Position numbers and translations under genes: made by a program. A stretch of DNA of 64,000 bases from contig CAZUBX010000005.1 in the NCBI GenBank assembly GCA_964619035.1, positions 2,643-66,642 on the forward strand. The letters run 5' to 3'. The notes beneath the pieces are model-generated. The model saw only the letters and a program-made list of their open reading frames with translations, did no database searches and was not told the origin of the DNA. This stretch comes from an uncultured Syntrophaceae bacterium. Its GTDB lineage: Bacteria > Desulfobacterota > Syntrophia > Syntrophales > UBA2192. Positions 60,831-64,000 of the stretch are shown here, one piece after another. The number at the start of each line of letters is the position of its first letter. Position 1 is the first letter of the stretch.

Positions 60831-62237
60831 CTATGCGGGTTGTTCATTCAAGGGCAGGTTGAGTTTCTTCATCTTCTTGTAGAGGGCCGTCCGATGGATG
60901 CCCAGGATCCGGGCGGCTTCGTTCTTGTTGTTGTTCGCCACACGAATGGCATGCAGTACGGCGTCGCGCTCGGAGGTTGCGCGGAGGTCTTTGAGGATGC
61001 GGGGCTGTGGGTGCTTCGATCGTTCGCTGAGGCTCCTGAAAAACAGTGGCAGGTGCTCCACGCGGATCGCCTCCTCGCGCTCATCCATCAGCGACAGGGT
61101 CCTCTCCAGGATGTTGGAGAGCTCCCGGACATTTCCGGGCCAGTCGTGATTCTCGAAGATCCTCATCACTTCCGGCGAGATCTCCCTGGGCGACAGACCG
61201 AAATCCCTGCAGAGATTCTGGAGGAGATGTGAAGCGATGAGGGAGATGTCCTCTCTGCGCTCCCGAAGCGGCGGGATGTGCAGGGGGATGACATTGAGGC
61301 GGTAGTAGAGGTCTTTGCGGAACTTCCCTTTCCGGATGCAGTCCTCGAGATTTTCGTTTGTCGCCGCGATGAGCCGAAAGTCGCACTTGACGGGCTTTGT
61401 GGCCCCGAGGCGGTCGACGAGCTTTTCCTCGAGAACGCGTAGCAGCTTGGGCTGCATCTCCAGAGGAAGGTCGCTGATCTCGTCGAGAAAGATCGTCCCC
61501 TGGTGGGCAAGCTCGAATTTGCCGGGCTTGCCCTTGTTGCCGGCCCCCGTGAAGGCGCCCGGCTCGTAGCCGAAAAGCTCCGCCTCCAGGAGATCCTTGG
61601 GGATGGCGGCGCAGTTGAGCCGGATGAAAGGCAGTTTGTGACGGTCGCTCGCCCGGTGGATGGCGTGTGCGAAGAGTTCCTTCCCCGTTCCGCTCTCCCC
61701 GACGAGAAGGACCGGGCTGTTCACCTTGGCGGCCCGCTGTCCCATTTTCCGGAGCTCCTGCATGACGGTGCTTTCGCCCACGATGTTGCGGCAGCTGTAC
61801 TTGGAGGCCCGCAGATTTGCGAGTTCCTTCTCGTAGAGCTGGACCTTGGATTCCAGGATGTTGAGCTTGTCGGCCAGGATCTGGACATCCTTGATGTCCT
61901 CGAACATGACCTGGCCGAAGACGGCGGAGAGTTTCCCGTCGGTGAAGATAGGAATCCGCTGGACGATCTGGTTGCGGCCCATGAGCTGGTGGGGGTGGTT
62001 GATTTCAGGGATACCGGTTTGGGCGACGATGTGCATCCGGGAATTCTCGATGACCTCCGTCGTGTGCTTCCCGATCTGTTTCTTCGGGTTCAATCCGAGG
62101 AACTTCCCATAGGTGTCGCTGAAGAAAATGATATACCCATCAGGGTCGGTGATGAGAACGCCGCTGAGGATGTTGTTCAGCACGCCCTCGTAGAGCTGAA
62201 TCTTCTCGAGCAGTTTCTTGACGTCGGCCGATTCCAC
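60831..62237 (-). CDS. sigma54-dependent transcriptional activator with an N-terminal PAS domain
   Basis: PAS-like N-terminus, GESGTGKE, an intact GAFTGA, and C-terminal HTH NKNEAARILGIHRTALYKKMKK. Confidence 0.9.
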   Translation of the reverse strand: MESADVKKLLEKIQLYEGVLNNILSGVLITDPDGYIIFFSDTYGKFLGLNPKKQIGKHTTEVIENSRMHIVAQTGIPEINHPHQLMGRNQIVQRIPIFTDGKLSAVFGQVMFEDIKDVQILADKLNILESKVQLYEKELANLRASKYSCRNIVGESTVMQELRKMGQRAAKVNSPVLLVGESGTGKELFAHAIHRASDRHKLPFIRLNCAAIPKDLLEAELFGYEPGAFTGAGNKGKPGKFELAHQGTIFLDEISDLPLEMQPKLLRVLEEKLVDRLGATKPVKCDFRLIAATNENLEDCIRKGKFRKDLYYRLNVIPLHIPPLRERREDISLIASHLLQNLCRDFGLSPREISPEVMRIFENHDWPGNVRELSNILERTLSLMDEREEAIRVEHLPLFFRSLSERSKHPQPRILKDLRATSERDAVLHAIRVANNNKNEAARILGIHRTALYKKMKKLNLPLNEQPA

Positions 62238-62420
62238 AGTCTTCGTCTCTTCCGCAGAATATCAGTAGCCAATATTGTATTCAAAATTCCGCTCGCGAAT
62301 GATGTCATCGGAGCACCTGTTCTGTCAAGCGGCTTTACGATCTCTTTTCCTTTGACAAAGGAGCGGCAATTGAGTAATTTCAAAGTACTTGATTATGCAA
62401 AGGAATAATCTCAACAGCCC

Positions 62421-63032
62421 ATGCAGACACCGGCAAGGGAAATACACGTCGGCGTGAAATTCAGGACGGAGTTCCTCTCCGCGACCGTTCCCGCAGACAT
62501 TCGCCTCGAAGAGCTGAAGACTTGGTGCGCCGAGTTTCACAGAAGAAATTTTGCGCCACCCTACGGCGAGTTCTCCCAGGGGAATCTGAGCTTCCGGATC
62601 CGGCCCGGCGAGGATGCCTTCATTATCTCGGGTTCCCAGGTGGGCTGGAAGGACAGCCTCACCGACGACAGGTTCGTCACCGTGCACGGATGCGATATGG
62701 ATAAGGGCATCGTTTTCGCGAGCGGTACCCGGGATCCCTCGTCGGAGAGCATGCTCCACTTCGCTATCTACCGTGCCAGAAAAGACGTCCAGGCCGTCTT
62801 CCATGGGCACAGCAGGGAAATCCTGAAGTGCGTGAACAAGCTGAACCTCCCCGAAACGCGCGAAAAGGCCCCCTACGGGAGCATCGAGCTGGTCCGGAGC
62901 GTCATGGAGGTCCTGGGAGATGCGGATTTTGTCCTGATCCGGAAACACGGCTTCGTCTCCCTGGGTGCGACCATGAAGGAGGCAGGGGAACGGGCGATCG
63001 AAACCCACCGCCTTTGCCTTCAAGACGGCTGA
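62421..63032 (+). CDS. class II aldolase/adducin-domain protein
   Basis: GNLSFR, SGS, ESMLH and FHGHS metal-binding His pattern. Confidence 0.75.
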   Translation: MQTPAREIHVGVKFRTEFLSATVPADIRLEELKTWCAEFHRRNFAPPYGEFSQGNLSFRIRPGEDAFIISGSQVGWKDSLTDDRFVTVHGCDMDKGIVFASGTRDPSSESMLHFAIYRARKDVQAVFHGHSREILKCVNKLNLPETREKAPYGSIELVRSVMEVLGDADFVLIRKHGFVSLGATMKEAGERAIETHRLCLQDG

Positions 63033-63107
63033 AGCAGAGGCATAACACATTTGTGCCTGCATGCGCCGAGACAGGCATTTGAGAAATCTGATGTAAAATG
63101 AAAATGT

Positions 63108-63172
63108 TTGTCATGCCGGACTCGATCCGGCATCCATCCCATTCTGGATTCCCGCTTTCGCGGGAATGACTA
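63108..63172. repeat. double-hairpin intergenic element (the type that translates to ..IPAFAGMT..)
   Basis: Hairpins tgccgga-ctcga-tccggca (63114-63132) and attcccgc-tttc-gcgggaat (63148-63167). Single copy in this window. Confidence 0.5.
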
Positions 63173-63227
63173 AGGCGGTCGGTCACCGGCATAAGTACTG
63201 ATGCATTGCAGTTGAGGAGCTTATGAA

Positions 63228-64000
63228 ATGAAGGACTTTTTCAATCTATACAGCCACGGATTCATCCGGGCCGCTGTTTGCGTCCCCGAGGTCCGCGTCG
63301 CCGACGTGAGCTTCAACACGGAGCAGACGATCGGCCTGGCGAAGGAGGCAGCGGCAAAGAGAGCACTCTTCGCGCTGTTCCCGGAGCTGGGGCTTTCGGC
63401 CTACTCCAACGAGGATCTCTTTCACCAGGAGGCCCTGCTGAGGAGTGTGCACGAGGCGCTGAGCCTTGTCCTCGAGAAGACGAAGAGCCTGAACACGATC
63501 CTCGTCGTGGGGGCGCCGCTCCGTGTCGACTCGTTTCTCTTCAACGGCGCCGTCGTCCTGTACCGCGGCAGGATCCTGGGCGTTGCCCTGAAATCCTACC
63601 TGCCCAACTACCGGGAGTATTACGAGGGAAGACAGTTCCGCCCTGCCGAGGATGCCCTGTCCAGAACGATCAGCCTCTGCGGCCAGGGGAACATCCCCTG
63701 CGGGCCGGACCTGCTTTTCGAGGCGGAGAACATCCCCGGGTTTACGTTCTACACGGAGATCTGCGAAGACCTCTGGGTCCCCGTGCCCCCGTCGAGCTTT
63801 GCGGCACTGGCCGGCGCCACGGTGCTCGCCAATCTCTCGGCCTCGAACATTACGATCGGCAAGTCCGAATACCGGCACAGCCTGGCAGCCAACCAGTCGG
63901 CCCGATGCGTGGCGGCCTACCTCTATGCGGCGGCGGGCCCCGGTGAGTCGACGACGGATCTTGCCTGGGACGGCCAGGCCATGGCCTACGAGAACGGCAC
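63228..64000 (+). CDS. nadE: glutamine-dependent NAD+ synthetase, N-terminal CN-hydrolase part (3' end outside window)
   Basis: My own translation from ATG 63228 is open to the window end (not in the ORF track). [40 protein letters not shown] and [12 protein letters not shown] closely match mycobacterial-type NadE as I recall it. Confidence 0.9.
   Translation, partial: MKDFFNLYSHGFIRAAVCVPEVRVADVSFNTEQTIGLAKEAAAKRALFALFPELGLSAYSNEDLFHQEALLRSVHEALSLVLEKTKSLNTILVVGAPLRVDSFLFNGAVVLYRGRILGVALKSYLPNYREYYEGRQFRPAEDALSRTISLCGQGNIPCGPDLLFEAENIPGFTFYTEICEDLWVPVPPSSFAALAGATVLANLSASNITIGKSEYRHSLAANQSARCVAAYLYAAAGPGESTTDLAWDGQAMAYENG

Noticed and set aside
1-64000. Mobile element, prophage, defence island or toxin-antitoxin module
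   Set aside because: I recognised no integrase, transposase, recombinase, phage structural gene, restriction-modification gene, Cas protein, reverse transcriptase or TA-like gene pair. The only rearrangement scar is the repeat-bounded HPP gene.

Overview
GC-rich bacterial chromosomal window with AT-richer intergenic islands. I can support 59 protein-coding genes. I saw no rRNA, tRNA, CRISPR array, transposase, integrase or phage gene. The gene content includes two sigma54 enhancer-binding proteins, class III PHA synthase PhaE/PhaC, AtoE/TRAP/MFS/SSS acid transporters and acyl-CoA enzymes. This fits an anaerobic deltaproteobacterium-like (Desulfobacterota-type) organism, but that taxonomy is inference only. 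Modules from left to right: patatin lipase 3' end; a GAF-GAF sigma54 activator; an EF-G paralog operon (small protein, HD hydrolase, TPR lipoprotein, GerMN protein, EF-G); TerC and a cytidylate-kinase-like protein; AtoE; acyl-CoA dehydrogenase; a LysM protein and a PP-loop ATPase; a minus-strand operon of DhnA-type aldolase, Zn-ADH, Zn-phospholipase-C-like protein, metallophosphoesterase and DUF4301; a PBP5-type carboxypeptidase operon with two unknown proteins; redox enzymes; an SSS transporter, PIG-L deacetylase, MetX-like hydrolase and glycerate kinase; a GntR-controlled sugar/hydroxy-acid island (split transketolase, TIM-barrel isomerase, 2-hydroxyacid dehydrogenase, TRAP transporter); a 12.5-kb polyhydroxyalkanoate (PHA) locus (PhaR, three mini-phasins, PhaZ, PhaE/PhaC, two long PhaC-like paralogs, PhaJ, a GAF-only protein, a methyltransferase); HPP and Usp genes; a second sigma54 regulon (PAS activator, MFS transporter, 3-hydroxyacyl-CoA dehydrogenase); a class II aldolase; and the NadE 5' end. 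The most unusual content is non-coding. (1) Two near-identical sigma54 promoters are each followed by a conserved hairpin with an exposed CCUCC loop and no ORF, and one is bounded by a textbook terminator. These are candidate sigma54-dependent sRNAs, and copy A lies directly behind the GAF-GAF activator next to a perfect 15-5-15 palindrome. (2) A dispersed mosaic repeat family occupies about 18 gene ends. It consists of 7-8-nt-period tandem arrays in several recurring flavours flanking a conserved terminator hairpin. (3) A duplicated phaC-like 3' end plus repeat module brackets the HPP gene. All functional calls rest on motif recognition by eye. No database search was run.
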